Assembly (NCBI GenBank): GCA_965231915.1
Contig: OZ246892.1
Coordinates: 2,699,247-2,763,246, forward strand
Direction: 5' to 3'
From: Acidimicrobiales bacterium
GTDB taxonomy: Bacteria > Actinomycetota > Acidimicrobiia > Acidimicrobiales > Bin134
Length of the DNA stretch: 64,000 nt
The translations under genes were made by a program, and so were the position numbers. Positions 63,322-64,000 of this stretch are shown here, piece after piece. The notes beneath the pieces were generated by a model. That model was not told where the DNA came from, searched no databases, and saw nothing but the letters and a program-made list of their open reading frames with translations. Numbering within the stretch: position 1 is the stretch's first letter; every line of letters begins with the position of its first letter.

Positions 63322-64000
63322 GTGCGCCTCTTCTACGACGGCCCCGAGGGCGCCCGGGAGGTGACCGTCGTCGGCGGGTTGCCAGCCACCGTGGGAGACC
63401 TGGCCGAGATCTTGGGTCTGCCCCCACCGGTTGAAGGGCTCTGGGTCGGTGATCAATGGGTGGCCTCCGAGCGCCGGATCGACGACGCCGGAGTGGCCGA
63501 CGGCGTCCGAGTAGGCGTCCGCCCCGGTCCGGAACCCGAACAGCCGGGGTGGGCTCTGGAGGTAGCAGGTGGGCTGTGTGCCGGCAGCCGCTATCGGTTT
63601 CCCTCTGAAGGACTGAGCCTTGGCCGCTCCCCCGAAGCAGACGTGACCCTGACCGACGTCGGCCTGAGACCCCACCACGCCCGATTTGAACGCCGGGGCC
63701 AACAGATTCTCGCCCAGATCGGCGACAAGGAGCCGATTGAGGTCGACTTCTCCACGCCGCTGCGGCTAGGGGGTGCATTGGTCCAGGTATCACTCACCCC
63801 CGATGACCGGCCGAACCGCCTGCTGGGACGTACCGCCTCGGAAAAAGTCGCATTCAATCGACCTCCCCGACCAGCGCTCTACGAACCATCTGAACCCCTC
63901 ATCGCGCCGTCTGAAGGGCCGGGGAGATCACCCCAAACGGCGGCGTTCGGGTGGGCGGCGCTGGCCGGACCGCTGCTAGTCGGGCTGCTTATGGCTGTGC
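63322..64000 (+). CDS. FHA-domain membrane protein, probable N-terminus of an EssC/EccC-type FtsK/SpoIIIE ATPase (truncated by the window end)
   Basis: Manual translation from the GTG at 63322 gives VRLFYDGPEGAREVTVVGG...GSRYRFPSEGLSLGRSPEADVTLTDVGLRPHHARFERRGQQILAQIGDKEPIEV, which is FHA-like (GR..D..L.D..vs..HA.f). It continues with ...FNRPPRPALYEP...AAFGWAALAGPLLVGLLMAV (TM helix). The ORF is open to the window end and absent from the track because there is no stop. The ATPase domains are not visible. Confidence 0.55.
   Translation, partial: MRLFYDGPEGAREVTVVGGLPATVGDLAEILGLPPPVEGLWVGDQWVASERRIDDAGVADGVRVGVRPGPEPEQPGWALEVAGGLCAGSRYRFPSEGLSLGRSPEADVTLTDVGLRPHHARFERRGQQILAQIGDKEPIEVDFSTPLRLGGALVQVSLTPDDRPNRLLGRTASEKVAFNRPPRPALYEPSEPLIAPSEGPGRSPQTAAFGWAALAGPLLVGLLMAV

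Noticed and set aside
62914-63702. 262-aa minus-strand ORF covering the WXG100 gene and the start of the FHA protein
   Set aside because: The plus-strand products have recognisable WXG100 and FHA features. The minus-strand translation has none.

Overview
High-GC, actinobacterial-type chromosomal segment with about 70 protein-coding genes. I saw no rRNA, tRNA or CRISPR array by eye. All calls come from reading the supplied translations and the raw sequence; no database search was run.

Layout, left to right:
1. 1-3096 (minus strand): the end of a sugar ABC transporter / creatininase-family / cupin cluster.
2. 3162-7175: a visibly lower-GC accessory patch. It holds a polytopic membrane protein, a VapBC toxin-antitoxin pair, small orphan ORFs, a truncated DnaQ-like exonuclease remnant, and a DUF222/HNH endonuclease gene that abuts ligA.
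3. 7172-11949: ligA, whose stop overlaps the start of an 874-aa secreted protein. That protein has two Cys-containing N-terminal repeats, a Zn-protease-like HExxH motif and 14 RCC1-like blades.
4. 12677-28063: a tightly packed 13-gene myo-inositol catabolism (iol) operon with its own ABC transporter. It contains a 742-aa permease with a large polytopic insertion and a membrane desaturase-Rieske fusion between iolD and iolG.
5. 28074-40930: mnmA-iscS, a DsbA-like protein, a rhomboid protease, an Nfu-like protein, a murA reading frame broken by two single-base insertions, an MFS transporter, glpX, a peptide-binding lipoprotein and an SDR.
6. 40951-48319: a complete F1Fo ATP synthase operon. Epsilon lacks its C-terminal domain, alpha has an acidic C-terminal tail, and the b subunit has an N-terminal extension.
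7. 48418-61103: wecA/rfe, glyA, rpiB, a Moco oxidoreductase, tsaC, prmC, prfA, rpmE, rho, then hom-thrC followed by an ApgM-like gene in the place of thrB. This order mirrors the Mycobacterium tuberculosis Rv1294-Rv1311 region.
8. 62990-64000 (right edge): a WXG100-type small protein followed by the start of an FHA-domain membrane protein, consistent with a type VII-like secretion locus that continues outside the window.

I found no single clear-cut novel system. The strongest candidates are the iol-embedded desaturase-Rieske fusion together with the giant permease, the ligA-coupled RCC1/protease-like secreted protein, and the edge-truncated WXG100/FHA locus.
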